The notes below the pieces were generated by a model that was not told the DNA's origin, did not search any database, and saw only the letters and a program-made list of their open reading frames with translations. A DNA stretch of 64,000 bases, taken from positions 111,884-175,883 of the forward strand of contig JBLWGC010000204.1 in the NCBI GenBank assembly GCA_048772705.1, written 5' to 3'. Origin of the DNA: Leidyana gryllorum EB-2025a. Its lineage: Eukaryota > Protista > Apicomplexa. The translations under genes were made by a program, and so were the position numbers. Shown here piece after piece: positions 12,196-23,696 of this stretch. Every line of letters starts with the position of its first letter. The first letter of the stretch is position 1.

Positions 12196-13674
12196 ATGTC
12201 CAACCGCCCTATATGTACGCGCTATCAGCGAGGCTACTGTCCATTCGGAGACGGTTGCCGTGACGGCGCCCACCCACCCAAGCAACAATCCGCCTTTGCC
12301 GCCAGTAATGCGCTCCCCAGCAATGTGAACCCCTTCGGCACCATCTCGCTCTCTGGGCTGGTGAATACGGCACCCCGGCTGGGAGGAATGACCACTATGC
12401 CGACGCCGGTCCCCTTCGGTTCAGCGCAGCCCACAATGATGAACAACAACCCGTTCGCGGGCACCACCCAAAATCAACCGGCCCAGGCACCACTCCAAAC
12501 AGGAGGATTCTTCAGCGGCGTGAGTCTTCCCAGCTACTCCAGCACCGCTCAGACCACATCAACCGCTCCGGCGAACCCATTTGGAGGTAATTCCAATGCT
12601 GCCGCTTCGAAAGCAGATGGCTCAGGGGGAGGAGCGGTCGCGGTCCGTCATACGCCCGCAGTGTTCGGAACCGTCTCCTCGGCCTTTGGAGACCTCTCTG
12701 GGGCTTTCCCCGCTATGGCGTCGACTACAGCCACCAACACTGCGACGGTCAATCGACCCTTCGGAAGTGTATTGAATACGGTGAGTTGAATGTCATTCTG
12801 AAACTGACAAAGCTCTCTCGCCTCAACGCAGACAACTTCGGCACCGGCGAATCCATTCGGGCTCAAAATGGGCACAACACCCATCCCAGCTTCGTTTGGA
12901 ACCATATCTGCGGACTCTCCGTTCGCGTCAGCCTTCAGTGCTTTTGCTGTGCCAAAGCCACCCTCGACTGTGGGGGCGGCTGCAGCCCACCCAGCAGCTG
13001 CGCCGGCCCAAACCGTCCCCAATTCAGGGTTGTTTGCCACACAGAGTGTTACCGGTCCGACCACGACAGGTGCGCCCACGACATCTTCCTTCTTCTCGCA
13101 GGCTGCTGCGGCTGCAGCCGCACCATCTCAGACGCCCAGCGTACCGATCACGACGGAGCCAGTAATTCAAGTGGCCACAGCGCCTGTGGTGGAGACGACA
13201 GCAACACCAGCGGTTCCCGTGGTGGTAGAGACGTCAGCAACAGTCCCCGTGGCAGAGACGTCAGCAACAGTCCCGGCGGCCGAGACGTCAGCAGCACTCC
13301 CCGTGGCAGCGGCAGCAGCAGTCCCGGCGGCCGAGACGTCAGCAACAGTCCCGGCGGCCGAGACGTCAGCAGCACTCCCCGTGGCAGAGACGTCAGCAAC
13401 AATCCCCGTGGCAGCAGCCCCAGCGATTCCCGTGGCAACAAAACCAGTGATACCCGTAGCTGCGAAACCAGCTCTTCCGACATCCCAGGAACCGACGTTC
13501 CCCAGTGGTTGGGTACCCACGAAGGCAGAAGAGAGTTGGATGCGGAGTTTGGAGATGTCACAGTTGGTGGGGCTGACAGTGTCGGTACCCAAGTCTGCGG
13601 ATCCTGACTGGTGTCGAGCTGAATGGCAGAGGTCCTCCTTTGGGTTGGGAGGCATCCCTGAAGCTGTAGTGTAG
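12196..13674 (+). CDS. CCCH zinc-finger FG nucleoporin, NUP42/NUPL2(CG1)-like; intron 12781-12831
   Basis: N-terminal CCCH finger (CTRYQRGYCPFGDGCRDGAH), many PFG/FG repeats, and a C-terminal F.LG.IP motif resembling the Gle1-binding tail. Confidence 0.7.
13216..13410 (+). repeat. About 30-nt coding tandem repeat (VP[V/A]AETSA[T/A])
   Basis: Repeated gagacgtcagca units are visible. Confidence 0.85.
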
Positions 13675-13705
13675 TGTTTTAGAAGGTCAAAAAGGACTTT
13701 TGGTA

Positions 13706-15879
13706 ATGACGGGCTTCAATGACGAAGATGAATTCCTCCCTGACTCAGAAGCTGACGATTATGAGGCTGAGGATAGGTGTTACGCCATACCAGAGCCTGA
13801 TGAGCTGCCTACCGTGGTAGAGCCTCTGCTCACTGAGAATAGTGAGGACAGGTGGGCGATGGGGCAGGGACACTGTCGGCGGCATTTGGTTGGTGTTCAG
13901 CATCCGTCACAGCCAAGGCAGATATGTGATACGGTCTCCTGAAGATATATCCGCCGTAATGGCCGAGGAAATGCGGAAAGCGCAGTGCATGATGGCGGCC
14001 TTGGAACCCACCTGGGCGGGAGAACCCGACCCAATCGTGACGCCAGTAATCATCGAGGGTATGCTGGCACGAAGAGGGTGGCGGGCCGACACGGTGGTCG
14101 AGGACTTTGTGTACAGTCCTTTGAAGTTGGCGCTCGAGGTAACCAGCCTCCCCAGAGCACTCGTTGAAATGCTGCCGGCTGGCGGTTCCAGGCTGGTTTT
14201 GATCTGCAGAAAATTCGAGCCCGACGGGAAGAGACCCGGAAGAACCCGTCGTTGGTACGGTGCCCTGTGGACGAGCCCTTCATGTGCCCAATCGTGTGTG
14301 ATGAGTTTCCGTTCTCCCAAACCCGCGGTTTGCCGTGCGGCCATCGCTTTAGCTTGGCGTAAGTCGGCAAGTGTGCCTCTGTCTGATAGACATTGCCCCG
14401 TTTCAGCGCTTGGAGGCAATGGATTGCCACCAGTATATCGGACGGGAGAGTTATCGGCATAAAGTGTATGGCATGCGACGAGAGCGTAACCAAAAATCTG
14501 ATAGATGACTGTATCAGTGATGATCCACATTTGAAGGCAAAGCTATTGGCCCGCCGTACAGAGTGAGGGAGAATTTATCCCCCGACTTAGAGATGTTCCT
14601 CCCTCCCTTCTCTCAGTGCCTTTGTACAAGCGAATAAGAGTGCCCGACACTGTCCTGGAAAGAACTGCCAGATGTTGACCATTGTCAACAAACCCCCAAC
14701 CTTCCCGAGGAATATGCGGGATCTGAGCGTTCTGGGGTACTCGGCGCCATTTGATTGCATCTGCACATGTGACACGCGATTCTGTTTCGGGTGCAATAGA
14801 GAAGGTCATTCCCCGATTCCATGCGAGATCATTTCTACCTGGGATACCAAGTGAGACCCCCATCCACCGCAATCGAGCAATGGAATGGCTCTTCCTCTCT
14901 CTATCAGGAACCAGAGCGAAGCAGACAACATAACTTGGATATTTGTCAACACTAAAACTTGTCCCTCTTGCAAACAGCCTATTGAAAAGAATCAAGGATG
15001 TATGCATATGGTGAGCAGCACTTGTTCCCAGCGAATTTCATCGACTCGCAACTCTGCAAACAGACGTGCCGCTGCTCGTACGAGTTTTGCTGGCTATGTA
15101 TGGGTGACTGGAAGATACATGGATACAGTGTGACTCGGTGCAATGTCTATGATGAGCAGCGGAAGAACCCAGCTCCCAATCCCAAGGATGACTTGCGAAA
15201 GCGCGCTGCCGAGAGTTTGGAGCGATACGCACATTTCTATGAAAGATATTCAGCGCATCAACAAGGTCAAAGGATCGCCAAAGAGAAGCTCATGGAGGTT
15301 TTGGATGGCCTGGAAAGTTCACGCATGATTGAAGCACCCGGGCCAGAAGAATCACGAGTGGATTGCCGCGCGGATGTGGACGCACGATTTATCGGTAAAA
15401 TGCGGGCAGCTATAAAACAGATCATTGAAGGAAGGTAAGAGTGTGGGTACACACGTGTGTACCATCGCGCGCGAATCATGTTCCGGCGGTTAGGCGAATC
15501 CTCAAATATTCGTACGCGTTCGGGTACTACGCCGACTGGAGTCGCTCGCCGCAAGCCAAACACCTGTATGAACATCAGCAAGGGGAGTTGGAATGGACAC
15601 TGGACAAGTTACAAGGCTTGACGGAATCTTTTGACTTTACCCGATGCTTGCTAGGCGATCAACGTGGATTTGATGCGTACAATCGGGAGTTGAGCGACAT
15701 TACTCGAGGTAAGTTTGTGAGGAGGTTTGTATTCGGACCAAAACGTACGGCATGCAGTGGTCAACGACTTCTTCAACCGAATGCTTAGTTGTTTCGAGAC
15801 CGACGTTGTGCCTCTGGCGTGCCCCGAAACACCTCCCTCGGCTGCTGATTTGGGTCCGCTACTGATGGGGTCTAACTGA
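13706..15879 (+). CDS. ARI1: Ariadne-type RBR E3 ubiquitin ligase; multi-exon
   Basis: Acidic N-terminus, IBR (CFGCNREGHSPIPC), RING2 (NTKTCPSCKQPIEKNQGCMHM|TCRCSYEFCWLC) and Ariadne domain (LERYAHFYERY, RRILKYSYAFGYY). Confidence 0.92.
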
Positions 15880-15906
15880 ATCGTCCCAAGTTAAGAGCGG
15901 GAGGAA

Positions 15907-17983
15907 TCAGTTGTAGTGAAGCTCCTGGCGTCCTTTGCGCAGTGCAGTTACGTAGCTAAGAATCTGGTCGGTGACCCCGGTGACCGCTCTGATGATGTCG
16001 TGAAATTCGGCGACAGCTTCCTGCGGCGTAACACCCTCGGCCTGCGGCTTGAGGAGATCATAGGTCTCTTGCAGGCGAGTTTCAGCACATTGGTGGTCGC
16101 TGATTTTGAAAGCCCCCAAGTGCCGCTCGCTGGAGCACGATTTGAATGTACCGAAGTCAATCGAAGTGGTGGCTCACCTGGCACCCCGCGAGCCCTCCTT
16201 GTCAAGGTGATCCATGTAGTCTTTATAATATCGGATCTGGGAGTTGATCTTGGGATATTTGCAGTCAAACAGTGCTTGCTGTGTCAGAATGGTGATCGTT
16301 TTCAGTTTCGTGTATATTGGTGTGTCCACCAGATGGTCTTCGATACTGCTGCCCATAGTTAGAGCTTCGGACAAATTGATCCACATATATTTGAAAGGTT
16401 CGTCGCTGTGTCATCGGAAAGACAAGTTGCAATAACGACGTTCGCGGGTCCTACCTGGACTCGATGAGATGATGTAGAGGTTCTGCTGTCATTTCTTCGA
16501 TTTCTTTGACGACAGCTGCGCGGGGCTCGAAAGTGAGCTTAAACATATGAGCAAAGTTCACCACATCGGGACTCAGGAAATACGGCTTGACACAGGCAGT
16601 CAGATCTTTAGAGATCTTTCCGTGTGCCCAAGTGGTGAAAACAACATCAGACCACGTGAACTTCCGGTCCCTCCACAGAATGGGATAAGAAATCAGTGAT
16701 TGGAACCTGCGTGGCTCCTCCGTCTCCAGAAAACTCGGGGCGATCATCCACGCGTTTCCCATGTGAGCCAGGAAAGGACTCATTTCTGTCCCCTGAGAAG
16801 GCGAAAACTTGAGCTATATCGAAAAGTGTTGAAAGTTGCCTTACCACATCCCGGACAGCACTGAAGTGTCCACCACGCTGGAGGGATGCCCATTTTTCGG
16901 TCATCTCGGTGTTCCACGGCGTAGCCCACTCGTAGCCACTCAACACCACGTCATCCATAGTGAGCCAACAGAATTGCAATCCTTCTGCTGCCGCCGTGCT
17001 CAACCTTTGCCAAATGGCCCTCAAAATCATCTCCAATACATTATACTCCCCGTATAACTCCGAGGCTAACAGCCACGCATGCTCGTTCAGCTTACGGATA
17101 CTCTGAGCCACCTCTTCCGAATCCATTCCATGAGATTGCACTAATTCTTGGAGCAATCCGTATTCCGTTATGAAGGCGTTTGCGATGAATCTCATAACCA
17201 TCGGCCACTCCTCCATCCGCTCCGCATTCCACAGGGCGAAGTTGATGTGAGGACCCATAGGAATCATGTATCCCACTATTTTAAACGATGTGGGCAATCA
17301 GCACTTCAGACAGAACGTCTTACACGAGTGATCATTCATGAAAGCGCGACTGGTTTGATTCTGGATGAACAGAACCTCTTGATTAGGGCCCAACACGGGG
17401 AAGAACCTGTCGAACACTGCATTTTCTCATGTACTCAGCCGACGTTCACACATCCGCCCTCACGTCGTCGTCGTTTATCATTGCTCAACAACTTGTGGAA
17501 CATTGTGGCCAACGCCTGAACAGCGGTATCCTGCTCCGTCCATCAATTACAAAGACTCACTCCAACATCACTGTCGGCTACCGGAAACTGCACTCCACCA
17601 GCATCAAATAACTGCTTCCACTCGCGGATTTCACGAATTCCTACGACAAGGTTCGTCTCATCCGGGGCATTCAATAAGTGAACGTCCGAAACCTGGCAAC
17701 GCAGCAAGTACTCCGATCACCCTAAAGTCAAATCCTACATAGTCCGAAGATAGTATCGTTCGCGACCTCGATTTGTACTTCACGTAGGTGAAGGATATGA
17801 GGTCCTTGTAGTGCTCTTTGAACTTCAGAAATGGTTCGCCATCGGCAGCCAACGCTAACGACCAGTCTCAATCGACACAAACAACCCACCCGCCAAACGA
17901 TCGTCCACGTATATGTCACCCTTATACCCCTCGATGGCTGCTCTGGCTAACAAAGCCAGACCGAGGCATGCATAACCCCTCAT
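15907..17983 (-). CDS. Multi-exon hypothetical protein, possibly secreted; boundaries uncertain
   Basis: Consecutive minus-strand open segments (17658-17852, 16647-17297, 16451-16783, 16174-16386, 15907-16119) with splice-like junctions. Possible signal peptide MRGYACLGLALLARA. Confidence 0.5.
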
Positions 17984-18110
17984 GGCTCGTTCGCAGTCAA
18001 TCGAAGTTAACGAAAGTCGTCTTTCGTCAAAAAAACGCACCCACTTAGGGATTCAAAGGCCTCCCCCAGGAATATGGAACAATATCAAGACACAATCCAA
18101 CTATCATGGC

Positions 18111-18269
18111 ATGCCTCCCCCCAAACGGTATTGGTATGAGGCCACACCCATTGCGGCTTATTACATAGTCGATCCGCCATGCCCAGTGCATGATGCCAAA
18201 CGATCTCAACCGTCTTGTCCAGTACACACATCGTGTCCGGTACATGACCGCTGTCCAATCCATTCCTAA
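18111..18269 (+). CDS. Candidate 52-aa microprotein with four CP[V/I]H motifs
   Basis: MPPPKRYWYE...CPVH..CPVH..CPVH..CPIHS. The motif codons vary synonymously between copies. Confidence 0.45.
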   Translation: MPPPKRYWYEATPIAAYYIVDPPCPVHDAKRSQPSCPVHTSCPVHDRCPIHS

Positions 18270-18412
18270 GACTTCTCTCGAACTTTTCCCGATGTTATCA
18301 ACATGACGTGATCATACAGTTTCTTCGACGCAACTTCAATCTGTAACATGAGCTCAATTGGGTATTCCCGCAGCACAGCACACACGTGTGTATTGCCCAA
18401 GTAGACAAACCA

Positions 18413-21107
18413 ATGGGGTGGATTCGTCCCTATCAAATATGTCTACTGGCTTGCCTTTCGATGCCGCTCACTCGCGGGTCACCCTTGCGAAAACTGCAAG
18501 CCAAAGGCAATCAATTCTTGACACGATTGCTCAGCAACCACACCTTCGAGACAGGATATCGATCAGACAATCCGAACTCGTACCCTGCGCCACGTGGATT
18601 CCAGTATGCATCCTTAGGACGCGCAAACTTCCGGAGAGTGGCAAATGGCGAAGAATTTGACTACATCATTATCGGAGCTGGTGGCGCTGGCTGTCCTTTA
18701 GCCAGAACGCTGTCGGAAGCAGGCCACTCTGTGCTCTTGTTAGAGCGGGGCAAGTTTCGTGAGGAGCACAGTCTTACTTGGACATTAAATGGGACAGGTA
18801 GGTGGAGGGACGTGTGCTCTGGTCCGTGAGATTCCATTCGCTTCTGCCAGGCCAAAGCTTCAATGACAACGCCATCTCCCAGCCCGTAGTCACAACTGAA
18901 GGCGTGATCAGTCGCATCGGCAACGCCTTAGGCGGTGGAACTGCTGTTAACTTCGGTTTCTTCATTGAGGAAACAGCGGAATATGTGCAATATCTTCGAA
19001 AACACTACAAGGTGTCCTGGTCGGATCAAGAATGGAGGGAAGCCGAGTATTGGCTGCGCGACCGAGTGGCTCATCCCACGAGGCAACGAGAGCCGTATGC
19101 AGAGGCCATGAAGAATTATCTGATCGACGAAACACCAACTCACTTGCACATTGGGGCATCGCCCAGGATGTATCCAGGAGCTGTATGGCAAGGGTACACT
19201 CTTTTCGACCCGGAATCAGGCTATCGATATGCGGCCGACACACTTCTGGGAGACATCGAAAAGGACTTTCCGGGCTCGCTGACGGTGTCAGTACAGACCT
19301 CAGCTCTGGAGATATCATTCGAAGATGCGCCTGACCAGCAGAGGAGGGCTCGCTGTGTCTTAATTCGGGATACGGTTGTCGATGATGTCGCACCGGTGAT
19401 CAGTCAAAAAGGTGGCGGAGTCGGAATTATCAATAGCTACTCAAACTTCATGCAGGTAGGTCGGAGTTGATGTGACTGACAATAGTACACCTTTCTTCAA
19501 TAGTGGCTACGATGGTATCCGCGAGTGTCCCGGCTGGCCCAGAAAGTTTTGCCTCCACCAGGCGGAGAGAGTCCCGTTCAACCACTACGAACAGTGTGTC
19601 TGAACGACTCACCTCATAGTCAAATAATCTCGAGTGCTGGTGCTTTGCTGACCCCCTGGCTGCTGTACAAATCCGGTATCGGGCCGAAGGAAGAAGTCAA
19701 GAAGTTGAGACACACCGTAATTGCAGAAGTTCCAAGTCTGGGACGGAATCTCACGGACCGGATCTATGTCCCCGTGGTATATTTCATGAAACCCGACGAG
19801 AAAGATCCCACCAAGTTGTTCGAGCCAACCGTCGTAGAACACATGACCCTCCAAGTCCGGGGAGATTCCAAGAAATGTCGCGACTTTAAGATCGGTGACC
19901 AAAGCACGGAATGCTCCTTCGTGGGATTTGAAGAGATTAGTGGCGGCCAAATGGCTGAAGGCGCCGGAATGTCATCTCGGTTCTTTTTTCCGCCCCCAAT
20001 GCGGTCAACACTGGTGGTCGACATCGCCATGGCGGTGCTCACAGAGTGCAGCGCTAAGCCCACGGAGGGGTTGAGTATCCTTGGCATTGCTGTGTGCCCC
20101 TTGATCCAGCCGATCCTCAACTGCTTCCGGAGAGCAGCAGCCCACATCTATGTACTGCCTGAGCCGCGCAGCAAAGGTTCGATCAGCGTTGGAGGAATGG
20201 ATGGACAGTCAATGGTGGTTCACGGCGGTTACCTCAGCCATCCGCTGGATGTGGCTGATGGTGTGCGAGGTCTCCATTGGATGTTGGACAGTATGCGCCG
20301 AACTAAGCGTTTCGACAAAGTATTGGAAAGGATCGACGAAGTTGGAACGGCACGAGACCTGTTCGACAACTCCTGCCCTTTGATCATGCGGACTAAGCTG
20401 GCAGATCTTTTGTACACCGTAGGAAATGTCTGGACGGAGTTCGTCAGTCATGAGGAAGTCAAGCGTGCGGAACAAGGGCTGGATGAGACGACTGGTGTGA
20501 ATCTGGAAGAAGTAGTTCGGGAAATTCGGGATCGGGTCAGTCTTCATCGCGATCGGAGTGTATTGACGGAAGGTGTATTACCGAATCAATCAGTTGATGA
20601 ATTACCACCTGAAACGGATGTGAAGCTGCTGGAGAGCATTGGCCGCATGCCGCTGGCCGAGTTGGCATCCTCAGTGGAGTTCAATCAAACGAAGACGTCG
20701 GAGATGTTCACAAAGTTGACGAGCCAACGATATCTGTCGTTCCCTCCCATTCTACCGGGTGAGTGATTGTCTTTCATCGCCTTATTAAAACTTTACTATT
20801 GTCAGACCCCGATAATGCTGTTGAAGTGCAAACGTTTTTGCAACGGCAGATGACCTCAATGTGGCACTGGCATGGGTGAGTTTTGTTGACTTTGTTTTTG
20901 TCGACGCGCGGTTCATTGTGCAGGAGCGCTGCGATGGGTTATGCAGTAGATGAGCAATTCCGCGTTGCACCCGACAAAATTTCGGGTCTGCGAATCGTGG
21001 ATGCTTCAGTATTACCTAAATTGCCAAGAATGAATCCCGAAGCAGTCGTGATGTTACTCGGCCGACTGGCTGGGAAGCGTATATTAAAAGAGCGCGACGA
21101 GTTATGA
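18413..21107 (+). CDS. Secreted GMC oxidoreductase, copy 1; multi-exon
   Basis: Signal peptide, FAD motif DYIIIGAGGAGC, LGGGTAVN, SAGALLTP.LL..SGIGP, and LRIVDASVLP...NP. Confidence 0.92.
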
Positions 21108-21208
21108 TTTGTTATAGATTTGTTGTGAATTTGTGCTAAATGATGATTGTGGGTATCATGTTTGATTGGATGTGTATCACAGAGAATGACTGAGAGTTGA
21201 TCACTGAG

Positions 21209-23668
21209 ATGCGTGGATGCTTACTGGGGCTCTTGGTACTTGATGTAGCTGTCGAGGGATATGACCGTTGTGGAAGCGACATATGTCCTGACATCTTACC
21301 ATATCAGCGTCCCATTGGGTATGTGAACCCGAAGTTGGAGGCGATTACCCCGATTCCTCTCAAGTTGGCAAGTCAAAAAGTGTATGACTACATTGTTATC
21401 GGAGGAGGAGGTGGTGGTTGTCCATTTGCTCGCACACTAGCAGATGCGGGAGAGCGTGTGTTGGTCTTGGAAAGGGGTGGTTTGCGTCGTGATCATATAC
21501 TGGCGCACGACATATATGGGAGTGGCATGGTTATCGGTGACGACCGTGTTAGTCAGGCAGTGGTAACTCCGAGTGGAGTGCGTACTCACCTGGCTAACGT
21601 GTTGGGAGGTGGTACAGCGACTGGGATGGCGATTGCCATTGAGGAGGATGAGGAGTACTGGGACGTGCTGTCGAAGCTGAGCAACGAGCCGATCAACAAG
21701 ACTGGTATCCTTGAAGCGTTTGACTGGTTGCGAAGTCGTACGTCTGAGCCTATGACGATGGTGGAACCTTACAGCAGTGCTTATCGCGAGGGGCTGAGGG
21801 AACAAGGGTTCTCGAACTTTCACGGCGCGAGTCCGCAAATTCAGAAGGACGGAACATGGAATGCTCACAGTTTGTTCAACCACAGTGAGGGATATTTCCG
21901 GAATAGTGCCGATGTGTTGTTGGGGACACCTGCGGAGCCCCAACCTCCTACCCTGGATGTGGCAGTGAATTCGACGGCGTTGAAGATATTGTTTGACGAG
22001 TTACAGAGTCCTCTGGGCCCTCGAGCTCGATGTGTCTCGGTACGACCGGCTGCTCCAGCAGATTCGGCGACATTGGACGGTCGTTTGGCTCGAGCTCAGA
22101 TATCGTGGTGGAGCTTGGCGAGCAAAGATCGGCCGTGGGTGAAGTATGCGACGGGAAACTCTCGGGCGCGTGGAGCTATCGGATCGCTGGGTACTGGGAA
22201 AGCTTTGGAAAGTCATGCCAAGGAGATGGTGATCTGTGCACAGAAGGAGATAGTGTTGAGTGCGGGCGCGGTGATGACTCCAGTATTGCTGGCTCGCAGT
22301 GGCATTGGAAGTGCTCAACAAATCTCCGAGCTGAATGTGCCGATGGTGTTGGAGAATCCGAGGGTGGGGAAGAATTTGATCGATCGTGGGCTGTTGCCGG
22401 TTGCCTACTTTAGGGACGATCCCGCTAATGTTGGGTCTGAGTTACCAGCCCAAGTGTGTGGGATTGTGGGTATGGCCCCGGTGGGTCCCGATTGTGACAA
22501 GTTCCGAATGGCTAAGAGAACTCAGCAGTGTTCGATGACGGGAGCTGAGGAGATCACTGGTGGTCGCATATTGGAGGGTTTTATCTACGCAACTCGGATA
22601 TTGTTTCCTCCTGATCTTCGGAATAGTCTGCTGATGGATCAAGTGATAATGGCTGTGAGTTACTGCAGTGATCGTCCGAGGGATACTCCCTTATGTCGGT
22701 TTTTGGAGAAGGGGAGCGCTTGTTGGCGACAGCTGAGCGCTACTTGGTACTTTGTGAATGAGCCGAAGAGCCGAGGAAGTGTGAACGTCTTGAGCAACGG
22801 CAACATTATCGTGGATCCTCGCTACTACAGTCATCCTCAAGATTTGGCGGATGGGAAGAGAGGTATCGGGAATCTGTTGAGGATTGCGAGGAGCGGATCT
22901 TTCATGAACGTCATGCAGAGTCCCTCCAAGATGGGTTGCCCGTGGATGATTAGCGGGATTCTGACGACGTTTACACAAGCCCTTAACCAATGGTCGCGTC
23001 GGGTGATCACCGAATCGGATACCAATTTGATGATGAACACCTTGACTCACCCCGAAGGGGCCCCATTTGCTGTCAAATCGGTTAAGAAGGATTCAGCGGC
23101 GCGGATTTCGAGTGTTGAAACCCGAATCCCGTTGGATCAGCAGTGGAGACGGCACGTTGAGGAGCAGAAAGAGTTGGATCGACTGCAGTACGCGCTTGAG
23201 CATCCAGAGAGTGAAGAGATGAAGAAGCTGTGGCCATTTGGAGACGAGATGACACTGGAGAGGATAGCAGCAGCTGCTGTGAATGATAGTTCGCGCCACC
23301 ACGAGGACGCTGAGGCCGCCACGTCAGCTTTGAGTCTGAATCGTTTCAGTCGGTATGTCCCACCGCCAGCTTTCGTTGTGGGGTCAAACCAACACGTCGC
23401 AACATACCCGGCTCTGTTGCCCGATCCTGATGATGACGAGGCAGTAGAGCTGTACATCAATGCCATGATGCAGAGTATGTGGCATATGGCCGGGACAGCC
23501 GCATTGGGTGATGTGGTTGACAAGCGATTCAGAGTGAAAGGTGTTCGTCGTCTGGGAGTAGTAGACGCATCAGTGTTGACTCAGATCAGCAGAATGAATC
23601 CAACTCAGACAGTTATGGCATTAGGCAGATATGCCGCGCAATTGAGATTGAACGCGACATCCGTTTGA
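21209..23668 (+). CDS. Secreted GMC oxidoreductase, copy 2; intronless
   Basis: Signal peptide, DYIVIGGGGGGC, LSAGAVMTP, catalytic His in SMWHMAG, and VVDASVL...NP. Confidence 0.93.
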   Translation: MRGCLLGLLVLDVAVEGYDRCGSDICPDILPYQRPIGYVNPKLEAITPIPLKLASQKVYDYIVIGGGGGGCPFARTLADAGERVLVLERGGLRRDHILAHDIYGSGMVIGDDRVSQAVVTPSGVRTHLANVLGGGTATGMAIAIEEDEEYWDVLSKLSNEPINKTGILEAFDWLRSRTSEPMTMVEPYSSAYREGLREQGFSNFHGASPQIQKDGTWNAHSLFNHSEGYFRNSADVLLGTPAEPQPPTLDVAVNSTALKILFDELQSPLGPRARCVSVRPAAPADSATLDGRLARAQISWWSLASKDRPWVKYATGNSRARGAIGSLGTGKALESHAKEMVICAQKEIVLSAGAVMTPVLLARSGIGSAQQISELNVPMVLENPRVGKNLIDRGLLPVAYFRDDPANVGSELPAQVCGIVGMAPVGPDCDKFRMAKRTQQCSMTGAEEITGGRILEGFIYATRILFPPDLRNSLLMDQVIMAVSYCSDRPRDTPLCRFLEKGSACWRQLSATWYFVNEPKSRGSVNVLSNGNIIVDPRYYSHPQDLADGKRGIGNLLRIARSGSFMNVMQSPSKMGCPWMISGILTTFTQALNQWSRRVITESDTNLMMNTLTHPEGAPFAVKSVKKDSAARISSVETRIPLDQQWRRHVEEQKELDRLQYALEHPESEEMKKLWPFGDEMTLERIAAAAVNDSSRHHEDAEAATSALSLNRFSRYVPPPAFVVGSNQHVATYPALLPDPDDDEAVELYINAMMQSMWHMAGTAALGDVVDKRFRVKGVRRLGVVDASVLTQISRMNPTQTVMALGRYAAQLRLNATSV

Positions 23669-23696
23669 GGGAAGAAGGTCTCACGATTTTTGTTCA

